Shown in pieces: positions 30,664 through 40,193 of a stretch of 64,000 bases of DNA. The position numbers and the translations under genes are program-made. Origin of the DNA: Nannocystis bainbridge (GTDB taxonomy: Bacteria; Myxococcota_A; Polyangia; Nannocystales; Nannocystaceae); contig NZ_JAQNDL010000001.1 in assembly GCF_028368995.1 (NCBI RefSeq), positions 928,001 through 992,000 on the forward strand, given 5' to 3'. Within the stretch, counting starts at the first letter, position 1. The number at the start of each line of letters is the position of its first letter. The notes under the pieces were generated by a model. That model saw only the letters and a list, made by a program, of their open reading frames with translations. It made no database searches and was not told the origin of the DNA.

Positions 30664-31503
30664 GTGGCGAGGCAAGCAGCAGCGCGGAGTTGGTGGTCGC
30701 GCGCGATCGTGCGGGGACTGTTCGCGCTGACGGCCGGGTGCACGGGCGGATCGGAGCCCGCCGGCAGCGGCACGACGTCCGGCGGCACCGCGACGGGCGA
30801 GGCCTCGACCCTCACGACCGGCGGCACGACGCCGACCACCTCCTCGACCACCGGCGAGCCGCCGCCGCCGCCGACCGCCTGCGCCGAGCCGACCACCCTC
30901 TCTGCCGCGCCGCGCACCATCGCCGAGGCCGTCGCCTTCATCAACGAGCTGCCGCAGCCGCTCACGCTCGATTGCTTCCTCGAACGGCTCGAGCGGCCGC
31001 TGGCGATCGCCGCGACCAAGAGCGTGATCAGCCTGCAGCCGGCGGAGGGCGCGAGCAGCCCGCGGCTGTTCCTGTTCTTCGGCGAGTTCGTCATGTCGGT
31101 CGCGGTCGACGGCCACGGCTTCCAGCTGCTCGAGTTCGGCGAGCCCGTCGGGCAGTGGCGATCGATCAAGGCCGAGGTCTCCTTCCCGCTCACCGACATC
31201 ATGGGCATCGAGGCCCCGTTCACCCGCGTCCTCCGCGACCCGGGCGGCGGCGGCACCTCCTGCGGCGTGTGCCACGGCAGCGAGGCGCCCGCGCCCGAGT
31301 ACCCGCAGGCCTTCGCCTCCGACGCCCTGCGGTTCCCCGACTTCGAGCTGGTCTCGTTCGCCGACCTGCGCGGCGAGTACGAGCGCTGCGATCCCGCCGC
31401 CCAGCCCGAGCGCTGCGCCCGGCTCACGGCCCTGTTCGGCCACGGCGAGGTCGAGGCGGCCGCGTTCCCCGAGGCCATGCCGACGATCTACGACTACGAG
31501 TGA
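30664..31503 (+). CDS. Lipoprotein with single CxxCH (putative c-type cytochrome)
   Basis: TAGC lipobox, Thr-rich linker, CGVCH; start uncertain. Confidence 0.65.
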   Translation: MARQAAARSWWSRAIVRGLFALTAGCTGGSEPAGSGTTSGGTATGEASTLTTGGTTPTTSSTTGEPPPPPTACAEPTTLSAAPRTIAEAVAFINELPQPLTLDCFLERLERPLAIAATKSVISLQPAEGASSPRLFLFFGEFVMSVAVDGHGFQLLEFGEPVGQWRSIKAEVSFPLTDIMGIEAPFTRVLRDPGGGGTSCGVCHGSEAPAPEYPQAFASDALRFPDFELVSFADLRGEYERCDPAAQPERCARLTALFGHGEVEAAAFPEAMPTIYDYE

Positions 31504-31579
31504 CCGCGGCGACTTCGAGGGCCCGACGGCCGGGCCTCACGCGATCGGGAGCGGGCCGACCGCCCCCGTTGCGCTCAGA

Positions 31580-31629
31580 GACATGTCTCCTACGACATGT
31601 CCCGTGCGACATGCCCGAGCGAGCATGTC
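31580..31629. repeat. 14-bp-period array (4 units)
   Basis: CATG at 31582, 31596, 31610, 31624; convergent intergenic. Confidence 0.92.
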
Positions 31630-31678
31630 CGAAGCGCCACCTCGCGCCCGCGCGGCCGCGAGCGCCAGGCGGGCCGTC

Positions 31679-32461
31679 TCAGGCCGCGGTCGGCTCGGGG
31701 CCGACGATCGAGAACACCGCCCCGTACGGGTCGGAGACCACGGCGATGCGCCCGTGCGGCGAGTCGAACGGCCCGTGCAGCAGCTTGCCGCCGTGCTGGC
31801 GCACCCGCTCGGCCCCGGCGTCGGGGTCGGCGACGCGGAAGTAGGTCATCCAGTGCGGCGGCGCCTCGCCCCACTCCGCCGTCATCTGCAGGCGCCCGCC
31901 GACGGCCTTGCCCTCGAGGTTGTAGACCGTGTAGTCGAAGGTCTTGCCGTCGCCCATCTGCTGCTGCTCGAACGGGAACAGGCGGCGATAGAACGCGTCG
32001 GTCTTGTCGCCCTCGCGGGCGTTGACCTCGTGCCAGCACATCGCGCCGTCCTCGTCGAACGCCTGCGCGCCGGTGTGCGCCGCCGGCTCCCACAGGCCGA
32101 ACGCGGCGCCGCCGGCGTCGAACGCGAACGCCATGCGGCCCTGCGCGGGGATCTCCATCGGCGGCACCAGGATCTTGCCGCCGGCGTCCTCGATCCGGCG
32201 CACCGTCGCGTCGGCGTCGGAGGTCTTGAGGTACACGCTCCACGCCGAGGGCATGTCCTGCTGGTCGGGCATCTTCGGCGCCATGCCGATCACGCTGCGA
32301 CCGCCGAGCCGCGCCGTCGTGTAGTGGCCGAACTCGGCCACCGGCTCGTCGAAGCTCCAGCCGAACACCCCCGTGTAGAAGCGCCTGGCGCCGTCGAGGT
32401 CGGGGGTGTTCAGGTCGGCCCAGCAAGGGGCCCCGTCGGGATATCCGGTCCGCTGTGTCAT
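31679..32461 (-). CDS. Two-domain VOC family protein
   Basis: GAPCWADL..FYTGVFGW; GAMCWHE; DPYGA. Confidence 0.9.
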   Translation of the reverse strand: MTQRTGYPDGAPCWADLNTPDLDGARRFYTGVFGWSFDEPVAEFGHYTTARLGGRSVIGMAPKMPDQQDMPSAWSVYLKTSDADATVRRIEDAGGKILVPPMEIPAQGRMAFAFDAGGAAFGLWEPAAHTGAQAFDEDGAMCWHEVNAREGDKTDAFYRRLFPFEQQQMGDGKTFDYTVYNLEGKAVGGRLQMTAEWGEAPPHWMTYFRVADPDAGAERVRQHGGKLLHGPFDSPHGRIAVVSDPYGAVFSIVGPEPTAA

Positions 32462-32651
32462 GGTCGTGCTCCGTGCGCGAGTTCGCTCCTGCGTACCGCC
32501 CCGGCGCCAGCCCGTCAACCCCTCCCGCGCCCCCGCTCGCTGCACCACGGCCGCGCGACGCGGGTGTGACAGGCTGGCCTCAAGAACATGATCCATCACC
32601 CCGACGAGCGAGCCGAGCCGCGGTCCGCGGCGAGCGATCGCCGTTCCTCGT

Positions 32652-32673
32652 GACATGTCCCGAAAGACATGTG
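32652..32673. repeat. 14-bp-period pair
   Basis: gacatgtc-ccgaaa-gacatgtg just after the queA-like stop. Confidence 0.75.
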
Positions 32674-32685
32674 AACTCGCCTTCG

Positions 32686-33831
32686 TCAGGCCGCCCGCGC
32701 GACCGGGGGCAGCAGGCCCGGCACGATCAGCGCCGCGTCGCCGAACTCGTGGGCCAGGTAGCCGGCCCCGATCGCGTGCTCGAACGCGGCCCGCAGCGCG
32801 GCCTCGCCGGCGAACGCCTGCAGCAGGGCGAAGTGACTCTCGCCCGGCCCGTGCATCCCGGTGACGATGCCGTCGACCACGCGCGGGACGAAACCTGGCC
32901 CGAGGACCAGGTCGGTCTCGCCGCTGCCGGCCTGCAGCCCGCCGAAGCGGCGCACGCTGCCCTCGAGCGCGCGCACCACCGTGGTCCCGACGGCGATCAC
33001 CCGCCCGCCGCCGGCGCGGACGCGAGCGATCGCGGCGACGGTGGCCGCCGGCACCTCGAAGCGCTCGGCCAGGGGCAGCGCCGCGTCGAGCTCGGGGTCG
33101 CCGGTCGACGACAGCCCGGCCGCGTGGGTCACCGCTGCGATCTCGACGCCCGCGCGGCGCAGCGCCAGCAGCGTGTCCCAGTCGAGCGGCCGGCCCGCCG
33201 ACGGCATCTCCGCCGCCCACGGCCGCGCCGCGAACACCGTCTGCACCGACCACAGCGCCAGCGGCTCGCGCACGTGGGCGTACTGGACCGGTCGACCCAG
33301 GCGGTACAGCGCGGCCCACAGCGCCGCGCCTTCGCGGTCGAAGCGGAGCTCGCACAGCCGCGGCGACACCGGCGACACGCCCACGACCGCGGCCGTCAGC
33401 GCCTCGCTGAACACCAGCCGATCGCCGACCCGCAGCGCAGGCGGCGGCGGGCGCCGCTCGGTCGGCGTGCGCCAGTCGCCGGCCCCGAGCAGCGCGGCCC
33501 GCCAGGTCGCCCCGCCGACGCCCGTCAAGCGCACCTCGAGGTCCGCCGACAACATGTCCTCCGAGACATGTCGTTTTGGCCACCCGCGAGAGCCCGCGCC
33601 GTCGTCGAGTTCCGCATTTGACATGTCCCCGGAGACATGTTCTTTTCGCCAGGCGCGGGCGCGCAGCGACGCCGGCAGCGTCGCCGCGTCGTTGACGATC
33701 AGCAGGTCGCCGGCCCCGAGCCAGCGCGGCAGGTCGCGCACGCGGGCGTCGACATGGGCGCCCGTGCGCGGGTCGAGCAGCAGCAGCCGGGCCCCGGCCC
33801 GGTCGTCGCGGGGAGCGGTCGCGGGGTTCAT
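32686..33831 (-). CDS. QueA-family (QueA-like) protein
   Basis: GDLLIVND, EMPSAGRP, AVGTTVVRALE, HEFGD; ATGA overlap with SDR. Confidence 0.85.
   Translation of the reverse strand: MNPATAPRDDRAGARLLLLDPRTGAHVDARVRDLPRWLGAGDLLIVNDAATLPASLRARAWRKEHVSGDMSNAELDDGAGSRGWPKRHVSEDMLSADLEVRLTGVGGATWRAALLGAGDWRTPTERRPPPPALRVGDRLVFSEALTAAVVGVSPVSPRLCELRFDREGAALWAALYRLGRPVQYAHVREPLALWSVQTVFAARPWAAEMPSAGRPLDWDTLLALRRAGVEIAAVTHAAGLSSTGDPELDAALPLAERFEVPAATVAAIARVRAGGGRVIAVGTTVVRALEGSVRRFGGLQAGSGETDLVLGPGFVPRVVDGIVTGMHGPGESHFALLQAFAGEAALRAAFEHAIGAGYLAHEFGDAALIVPGLLPPVARAA
33551..33655. repeat. Intragenic 14-bp-period cores in the queA-like gene
   Basis: Cores 33553/33567 and 33622/33636/33650. Confidence 0.85.
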
Positions 33832-34568
33832 CGCCCGCCTCCTTGCCAGCCCTCGGCGCGCACGCGGTCGCCCGAGCCGACCGCGGCGTCCTTCACGATC
33901 GCCGCGATCGCCCGCGCGACCGCGGCCGGGTCGGCCAGGCTGGCGCGATCGGCCTCGGGGACCGCATCGGCATGCATCTGCGTGTCCATCTCGCCCGGGT
34001 CGACCGCCAGCACGCGCACGCCGGTGCCCGCGAGCTCGGCCGCCCAGGTCCGGCTCAGGTGATCGAGCGCCGCCTTGCTCGCCCCGTACGCGCCCCAGCG
34101 CGGGTAGGCCTCGACCGCCGCGTCCGACGACACGTGCACGATCGTGCCGCGTCCGCGCAGCGCCATCGCCCCGGCGATCGCCTTGCTCAGGCGGAACGGC
34201 CCGAGCAGGTTGACCTGCAGCGCGCGCTCGAATTCCTCGCACTCGGTGTCGAGCAGCAGCCGCAGCGGCGTCGGCCCGAGCGTGCTGGCGTTGTGGATCA
34301 GCAGATCGACGGGCCCGAGCAGCGCCGCCGCCTGGTGGGCGATCGGGTGGATCGCCCGCTTGTCGCCGACATCGCCGACGATCGCCTCGGCGACGACGCC
34401 GTCCGCCCGCAGCCCGGCGACCGCGGCCGTCAGCGCCGCCGCGTCGCGGGCCACCATCGCCACCCGGGCGCCCCGCCGGCCGAGTTCGCGCGCGAGGGCC
34501 AGGCCGAGGCCGCGGCTCGCCCCGGTGACGAGCGCCGCGGTGCCTGCAAAATCGAGGTTCATGGTCAT
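33828..34568 (-). CDS. SDR family oxidoreductase
   Basis: TGASRGLG, HNAS, YGASK. Confidence 0.93.
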   Translation of the reverse strand: MTMNLDFAGTAALVTGASRGLGLALARELGRRGARVAMVARDAAALTAAVAGLRADGVVAEAIVGDVGDKRAIHPIAHQAAALLGPVDLLIHNASTLGPTPLRLLLDTECEEFERALQVNLLGPFRLSKAIAGAMALRGRGTIVHVSSDAAVEAYPRWGAYGASKAALDHLSRTWAAELAGTGVRVLAVDPGEMDTQMHADAVPEADRASLADPAAVARAIAAIVKDAAVGSGDRVRAEGWQGGGR

Positions 34569-34689
34569 GAGAACAGCTCCTTTGGGTTGTCCTCAGCCTG
34601 GCGTCGCCCGGACGATTTACCAACCCGGCTGCTATTTCCTTGTCACGAGGTTATTGCGCCGACCGGGCCGACCCGGTCACAGTCGCGGC

Positions 34690-35250
34690 ATGGACGACGA
34701 CACCGTCCCGATGCACCTCGGCAACAACGTCCGCCAGCTCCGCGAGGCTCGCGGGCTGACGCAGCAGCAGATCGCCAGGGTCGCCGGCCTGCCGCGGCCG
34801 ACCTGGGCCAACCTCGAGAGCGGCGCCGCCAACCCCACGCTCGCGGTCCTGATCAAGGTCGCCGCCGCGCTGCAGGTCTCGCTCGAGGAGCTGATCAGCC
34901 CCCCGCGCACGACCTCGAAGTTCTACGCCGCCGCGACCTTGCCGACCCGCCAGCGCGGCAAGGTGCGGGTGCGCCGGCTGCTGCCCGAGCCGATCGTCGG
35001 CCTCGAGCTCGAGCGCATGGAGCTGCCGGCCGGCGCCAGCATGTCCGGCATCCCGCACACCCCGGGCACGCGCGAGTACCTGACCTGCGAGCGCGGCGAG
35101 ATCGAGCTCAGCGAATCCGGGCGGGTGTGGAAGCTCGGGCCCGGCGACGTCGTGGTGTTCCGCGGCGACCAGCCCCACGGCTACCGCAACGCCGGCGGCG
35201 CGTCCGCGATCGCCTACAGCGTCATCACCCTCGCGCCGCCGGCCGGCTGA
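34690..35250 (+). CDS. XRE-cupin transcriptional regulator
   Basis: LREARGLTQQQIA..LESGAANPTL; cupin H..GTRE..GD..F.GDQPHGYRN. Confidence 0.9.
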   Translation: MDDDTVPMHLGNNVRQLREARGLTQQQIARVAGLPRPTWANLESGAANPTLAVLIKVAAALQVSLEELISPPRTTSKFYAAATLPTRQRGKVRVRRLLPEPIVGLELERMELPAGASMSGIPHTPGTREYLTCERGEIELSESGRVWKLGPGDVVVFRGDQPHGYRNAGGASAIAYSVITLAPPAG

Positions 35251-35273
35251 CGGCGACGGGGCGCGCGCCTCGC

Positions 35274-35309
35274 CACCTGTCCCCGAGGCCATGTCCCAAA
35301 TACCATCCG
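35274..35309. repeat. 14-bp-period array (3 units)
   Basis: Cores 35276, 35290, 35304. Confidence 0.6.
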
Positions 35310-35398
35310 GGCCGATGCACCGACATGTACGGCTCGCGGCTTGCCCGCCTTCGCGGATGCGTGCTTTCACCCCCGCGAACTCGGTATCCTGGCGCTCC

Positions 35399-36532
35399 AT
35401 GGACGAGCGCAGCAGCCGGGCCCCCCACGTCGTCATCGAGTTGGACGCGGCGCTCCGCGTCACCGGCTGGAACCGGCGCGCAGAGCAGCTGTTCGGGGCG
35501 TCCGCGGCCGAGGCCGAGGGCAAGTCGATCGCCGAGCTGCTGCCGGTCGCCGGCCAGTCCACGGCCTGGACCGCCGCGCTGACGCGCGACAGCGAGGCGA
35601 CCGAGGTGCGCACGATCGCCGTCGGCGGGCGCGAGCTCGCGTTCGAGACGTGGTGGCAGGTCGACCGCGACGGCGACGGCCCGGTCACCGGCGTCACCAT
35701 CTACGGCCACGACGTCACCGCCCGGGAGACCGACGCGCGCCGCGGCCAGCTCGAGCGGACCATCCTGGCCAACCTGCTCGACACCCTCGACATCAGCGGC
35801 TGGGCGCTCGACTCGCGCGGCGTGTTCCTGTTCCAGGACGGCAAGGCGATGCGGGCCACCGGGCTTACGCCGCACCAGTTCGTCGGCGCCAGCATCTTCG
35901 ACGTCTACGCCAGCGAGTCGGGCCTCGACGAGGTCCGGCAGGCGCTGGCCGGCCAACAGCACCTCGGCCTCCAGTCCGAGACCTACGGCATCCACTGGAT
36001 GCACTGGTACATCCCGGTCAAGGACGGCACGGAGGTGGCGGTGGTCGGCCTCTCGCTCGACGTCACCGACACCAAGCGCAACGAGATCGAGCTGCGGGCC
36101 AAGCTCGAGCTGATCGAGCGGCAACAGGAGGTCATCCGCGAGCTCTCGACCCCGATCATCGAGGTGTGGGACGGCGTGATCACCCTGCCGATCGTCGGCC
36201 TCATCGACAGCGTCCGCACCGCCGAGATCATGGACAACCTGCTGCAGCAGGTCGCGCGCACGCGGGCCCGCTTCGCCATCCTCGACCTCACCGGCGTCGA
36301 GGTCGTCGACACCGGCACCGCCAGCCACCTGATCGGCATGATCCAGGCGATCCGCCTGCTCGGCGCCGAAGGCATCCTGACCGGCATCCACCCGCTCATC
36401 GCCCAGACGATCGTCGCGCTCGGCGTCGACCTCACCCGCGTGACCGTGCACGCCAAGCTGCGCGACGCCCTGCAGTACTGCATCGGCCAGCTCAGCCGCA
36501 AGCGGGCGGCCGCGCAGGCCAAGGGCGTCTGA
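35399..36532 (+). CDS. PAS-PAS-STAS protein (RsbR-like)
   Basis: WNRRAEQLFG PAS; ELSTPII..LPIVGLIDS..DLTGV.VVDT..TGI. Confidence 0.9.
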   Translation: MDERSSRAPHVVIELDAALRVTGWNRRAEQLFGASAAEAEGKSIAELLPVAGQSTAWTAALTRDSEATEVRTIAVGGRELAFETWWQVDRDGDGPVTGVTIYGHDVTARETDARRGQLERTILANLLDTLDISGWALDSRGVFLFQDGKAMRATGLTPHQFVGASIFDVYASESGLDEVRQALAGQQHLGLQSETYGIHWMHWYIPVKDGTEVAVVGLSLDVTDTKRNEIELRAKLELIERQQEVIRELSTPIIEVWDGVITLPIVGLIDSVRTAEIMDNLLQQVARTRARFAILDLTGVEVVDTGTASHLIGMIQAIRLLGAEGILTGIHPLIAQTIVALGVDLTRVTVHAKLRDALQYCIGQLSRKRAAAQAKGV

Positions 36533-36536
36533 TCGG

Positions 36537-36593
36537 CGCCTGTCCCTCCGGACATCTGCGTCACGCGGGCGCGTCTGTCCCTTCGGACAGCTC
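36537..36593. repeat. Two 14-bp-period pairs
   Basis: Cores 36539/36553 and 36574/36588; convergent intergenic. Confidence 0.7.
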
Positions 36594-36604
36594 GATCGGC
36601 CCGC

Positions 36605-37378
36605 TCACTCGCACGCCGGGAACTGCCCCGCGCCCGCGGCGTCGCCGGCCTCGACGAACGGGATGTCCATGTCCTCGAGGACATTGTTCTCAGTGTCGGT
36701 GACGCGAAACGCGTACGGCCCCGGGCCCATGCCCGCCTCAGCGACGAAATAGTTGTAGTCGAGCCGCGGCACCGCCTGCCACGCGCCCTCGCCGTCCTTG
36801 TATTCGAAGGCGGCGATCGGGTTTTTGTGCCCGCGGACCTGCACGGCCGTCCACCACTGGTTGCTGCCCTCCTTGAAGTGGTAGACGATCGGGCCGCTGG
36901 TCGCGCACGACACGAAGCCCCAGGAGATCGGCACACGGCCGAGCTCCTTGGCGGCGATCATGGGGAATGCAGCCTCGCTCAGATCGATGTCGCCCTGCGG
37001 ACATCCCGGACAACTGTCCACAATACGGACAATGATCGATCCGTCCGGTCCGTCGATCGCAACACACGCGCCGCACGCCGCCGAGTCCGCGTAATCGACG
37101 ATGTTCATCGCCGCCACCATCGGCTCGCCGGGGTCCGCGGCGAAGCTGCAATTGCCGCTGCCGTCCGCCGCATAATAGGTCGCCTCGCCGGTGTGGACCT
37201 CGCCCTCGCACACCTCGCCGCCCCCGCTCGCGGCGCCCGGATCGCTGTCTGCGTCCGTGCCCTCGCCGTCGCTGCTGGCGGCGCCCGGATCGCTGTCTGC
37301 GTCCGTGTCGGCGCGGTCGCTGCCGCCGCACGCCAGACACACCGACACCGCCACCCATATGCCGCGAGCTCCGCTCAT
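36605..37378 (-). CDS. Bacterial expansin (EXLX1-like) lipoprotein
   Basis: GEATYY..GNCSF, CGAC, VDSCPGC..IDLS, KEGSNQWW, YNYF. Confidence 0.9.
   Translation of the reverse strand: MSGARGIWVAVSVCLACGGSDRADTDADSDPGAASSDGEGTDADSDPGAASGGGEVCEGEVHTGEATYYAADGSGNCSFAADPGEPMVAAMNIVDYADSAACGACVAIDGPDGSIIVRIVDSCPGCPQGDIDLSEAAFPMIAAKELGRVPISWGFVSCATSGPIVYHFKEGSNQWWTAVQVRGHKNPIAAFEYKDGEGAWQAVPRLDYNYFVAEAGMGPGPYAFRVTDTENNVLEDMDIPFVEAGDAAGAGQFPACE
37230..37307. repeat. 30-bp direct repeat (period 48) in expansin linker
   Basis: gcggcgcccggatcgctgtctgcgtccgtg x2, encodes TDADSDPGAA. Confidence 0.85.
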
Positions 37379-37880
37379 GCCACCAGCAGGCCACGCGCCG
37401 ACCACCCTGTCAACGCTGGCGAACGGTGATACCATCGAGGCCGTGGGTCGTTACCGCGTGACTACCGAGGCCGATGTCGTCGGTGCCCGCGTGGCCGCCG
37501 AACGGCTCGCGCTGCAGGAGGGGTTCCCGCGGCTGGCGGCGCAGGAGGTCGCGCTCGTCACCTCGGAGCTGGCGTGGAACCTGGTGCGCCACGCAGGCGG
37601 CGGTGAGATCGATCTGGCGATGACGAACGGCCCGCACGGCCCGGCGATCGTCGTCGCCGCGATCGACGGCAGCCCGCCGATCGCCGACCTCGAGACCGCG
37701 ATGCTCGACGGCCACACCGCGAACGGGCCCATCCCGCCGGAGGAGCGGATGCGCCGGCGCGGCCTCGGCAGCGGCCTCGGAGCGGCGCTCCGCCTCAGCG
37801 ACCGCCTGGTCCAGGAGGCCTTGCCCCGGGGCAAACGCATCGTCGCCACCCGCTACCTGGTGCGCCCGGGCCGGCTGTGA
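37377..37880 (+). CDS. RsbT-like Ser/Thr kinase (anti-sigma type HATPase)
   Basis: EADVVGAR..VTSELAWNLVRHAGGG, GLGSGLG; start uncertain (37377 or 37443). Confidence 0.8.
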   Translation: MPPAGHAPTTLSTLANGDTIEAVGRYRVTTEADVVGARVAAERLALQEGFPRLAAQEVALVTSELAWNLVRHAGGGEIDLAMTNGPHGPAIVVAAIDGSPPIADLETAMLDGHTANGPIPPEERMRRRGLGSGLGAALRLSDRLVQEALPRGKRIVATRYLVRPGRL

Positions 37881-37958
37881 GACATGTCCAAAGGGTCATG
37901 TCCTCGAGGACATGACCTCATCGACATGCCCTTCAGAGCATGTCCTGAAGTACACGAC
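37881..37958. repeat. 14-bp-period array (6 units)
   Basis: Cores 37883, 37897, 37911, 37925, 37939, 37953; begins right after the stop codon. Confidence 0.93.
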
Positions 37959-38135
37959 GCGTCCGAATCACCACGCGCCCGGGCGAGCTCGCCGCGCGGC
38001 GAGGGACCGAGCGCCCGACCGAAGACCGCCGCGCATCCGTGACGACCAAGCGCGCCAACAGGGCGCCGCTTCAGAAAGCGACCGAGCGCGCGACGGAGGC
38101 CGTCGCGCGCTCGCCGGGGTCCGCCCGCGGGCGGC

Positions 38136-38969
38136 TCAGGACGCCGCGATCGCGGCGAGGTCGAGGACTTGCTCCTCGCGGGTGACGCGGAAGCCGAGGC
38201 GGCGCAGGCAGAAGCGCAGGCCCTCGCGCAGGCTGCGGAGCGTGACCACGCCCTGCAGCTCGAGCCCGAGGCCGACGATGATCTGGGCGACCGCGGGCTG
38301 GATGCCGGTGATGACGCAGCGGGCCCCGAGCAGGCGGACCGCCCGCATCACGCGGAGCAGGTGGTCGGCGGTGGCGGTGTCGACGGTGTCGACGCCGGTG
38401 AGGTCGACGATGGCGAAGCGCGCCCCGGTGCGGGACACCGCCTCGAGCAGGGTGTTCTTCATGTCGGCCGCGCGCACGCTGTCGACCAGGCCGACCACCG
38501 GCATGGTGACGATGTCGTCCCACACCTGAATGATGGGCGTCGAGGTCGCGGCCGTGATCGCCTCTTGTTGCAGGAACCGCCGCTGCAGCTCCTCCTCGAG
38601 CCGCAGGCCCTCGCTGAGGTCGCGGGCGACGATCGCCGCCGCGCTGACGCGACCGTCGTCGCGGATCGGGACGATCGTCAGCTGCACCGGCACCGAGGAG
38701 CCGTCGTTGCGCCGCAGCTCGCCCTCGCCCTCCCACTGGCCCTGGGCGATGGCGGTCGGGATCCACTCACCGATCAGCTGGGCCGCGTGCGGGCTCAGCT
38801 GGTCGATCCTGTGGCCCTGGAGCTCGTCGGACGCGCGGTCGACCAGGCGCAGCCCCGCGGCGTTGACGTGCAGCACCGCCCCGTTCGGATCGACCAGCGC
38901 CGCAAAATCCGCGAGGCCGGCGAACATCGCCTTGAAGGACGCAATGTTGGACTGTGGCTCGGCGCTCAT
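38136..38969 (-). CDS. PAS-STAS protein (RsbR-like)
   Basis: PAS (VNAAG, WEGE..RRNDG); TPIIQVW..DLTGV.TVDT..TGIQPAVAQ. Confidence 0.9.
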   Translation of the reverse strand: MSAEPQSNIASFKAMFAGLADFAALVDPNGAVLHVNAAGLRLVDRASDELQGHRIDQLSPHAAQLIGEWIPTAIAQGQWEGEGELRRNDGSSVPVQLTIVPIRDDGRVSAAAIVARDLSEGLRLEEELQRRFLQQEAITAATSTPIIQVWDDIVTMPVVGLVDSVRAADMKNTLLEAVSRTGARFAIVDLTGVDTVDTATADHLLRVMRAVRLLGARCVITGIQPAVAQIIVGLGLELQGVVTLRSLREGLRFCLRRLGFRVTREEQVLDLAAIAAS

Positions 38970-39148
38970 CGGCTCAGCTCCTTGGACATTCGACATCGTC
39001 GCGGACGGCCCGCGAGGCGCGGCGCCCGGCGGCGCGGCGATAGAGGCCCGAAGGGCCCGGTTGAGAGACGCCCCGCGCGTGGCTGACGACGACGGAGTTG
39101 TGCGGGTAGCGGGCGGTCATGGCGAGGGCGAGAGGGATACGCCGCCGG

Positions 39149-39601
39149 TCAGTCGGCGGACTTGGCGAAAGACGCCGCGCTCGTGATGGTCTCGGGGGTC
39201 GCGTCGTCGTAGTCGTCGGGCTCGAGCTCGCTGACGACCGCGCTGACACCGAGGCGCTCGAGCGCGTCCTCGAGGGTCAGCGCCGTCTGGGCCAGGCGGA
39301 AGTCGGCGCCCATGGTCTGCAGCGTCATGGCGATCGGCGCACTCATGCCGCAGATGACCGTCGGCGTGCCCATCAACCGGGCCGCGGCGGCCAGGTTGGC
39401 GATCACGTGGCAGAGGTGGCTGTCCATCGTCCACATGCCCGTGACGTCGATGACGAGCCCGGCCGCCGAGGTGTCGCGGATCGTCCGCAGCACGTCGTCG
39501 ACCAGGAACGCGGCGGTCTCGTCGGTCACGTCGCCTTGCAAGGGGACGACGATGCGCTGCCAGAGCTGAATGACGGGGATGCGGTTCTCGAAGGTCTTCA
39601 T
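39149..39601 (-). CDS. rsbS: RsbS-like STAS protein
   Basis: IPVIQL, GLVIDVTG..MDS, ARLMG..GM..IAMTL. Confidence 0.85.
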   Translation of the reverse strand: MKTFENRIPVIQLWQRIVVPLQGDVTDETAAFLVDDVLRTIRDTSAAGLVIDVTGMWTMDSHLCHVIANLAAAARLMGTPTVICGMSAPIAMTLQTMGADFRLAQTALTLEDALERLGVSAVVSELEPDDYDDATPETITSAASFAKSAD

Positions 39602-39605
39602 GGCC

Positions 39606-40193
39606 TCAAGCCTCGGTGTCGCAAACGAGCACGCTGGCGTCGTCGTCCGGTTTTCGGTGCTCGCGCATCAGGGTGTCGCACAAAGGTTCAGGGTCGAGGT
39701 GCCGCAGCGAGTCGAGCGGCGTCCGCTGCGAGATGCCGTCGGAGAACAGGACCAGCCGCGCGCCCGCCGGCAGCTCGCCGCGGCAGATCCGGAAGCTCTG
39801 CACGCGCGCGCCGAGCACCCCGGGGCTGAGCAAGATCGGCAGCTTGGCGCCGAAGCAGCGGATCTCGACGTTGCCGACCCCGCAGCCGACGAACGACACG
39901 GTGGCGGGGTTGGTCGTCGGGGTCACGCCGAGCTGGCACACCGCCGCCGCCGCGCCGCGGGTGCCGCGGAGCGCCTCGTGCACCGCCCGCATCGCCTCGT
40001 CGAGGTCGACGGTGACCGGCAGGCGGTTCAAGCAGTCGATCGCCGCGTGGGCCGCCAGCGCCGCCAGGCGCCCGTGACCGAGGCCGTCGATCACGGCCAG
40101 CATGATCGCCTCGGGGCCGCGACGGACGAGCACGGCGTCGCCGTTCTCGCGCTCGCCCGTCTTCGGGCTCGTCCGCTGGGCGGTCTTCCACAT
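39606..40193 (-). CDS. rsbX: RsbX-like PP2C/SpoIIE phosphatase
   Basis: ENGD, VIDGLGHG, GVGN, FSDGI, DDASV. Confidence 0.85.
   Translation of the reverse strand: MWKTAQRTSPKTGERENGDAVLVRRGPEAIMLAVIDGLGHGRLAALAAHAAIDCLNRLPVTVDLDEAMRAVHEALRGTRGAAAAVCQLGVTPTTNPATVSFVGCGVGNVEIRCFGAKLPILLSPGVLGARVQSFRICRGELPAGARLVLFSDGISQRTPLDSLRHLDPEPLCDTLMREHRKPDDDASVLVCDTEA

Noticed and set aside
32565-32571. Second ECF41 -35 element (TGTCACA, minus strand) upstream of the VOC gene
   Set aside because: No CGTC-like -10 at 16-bp spacing.
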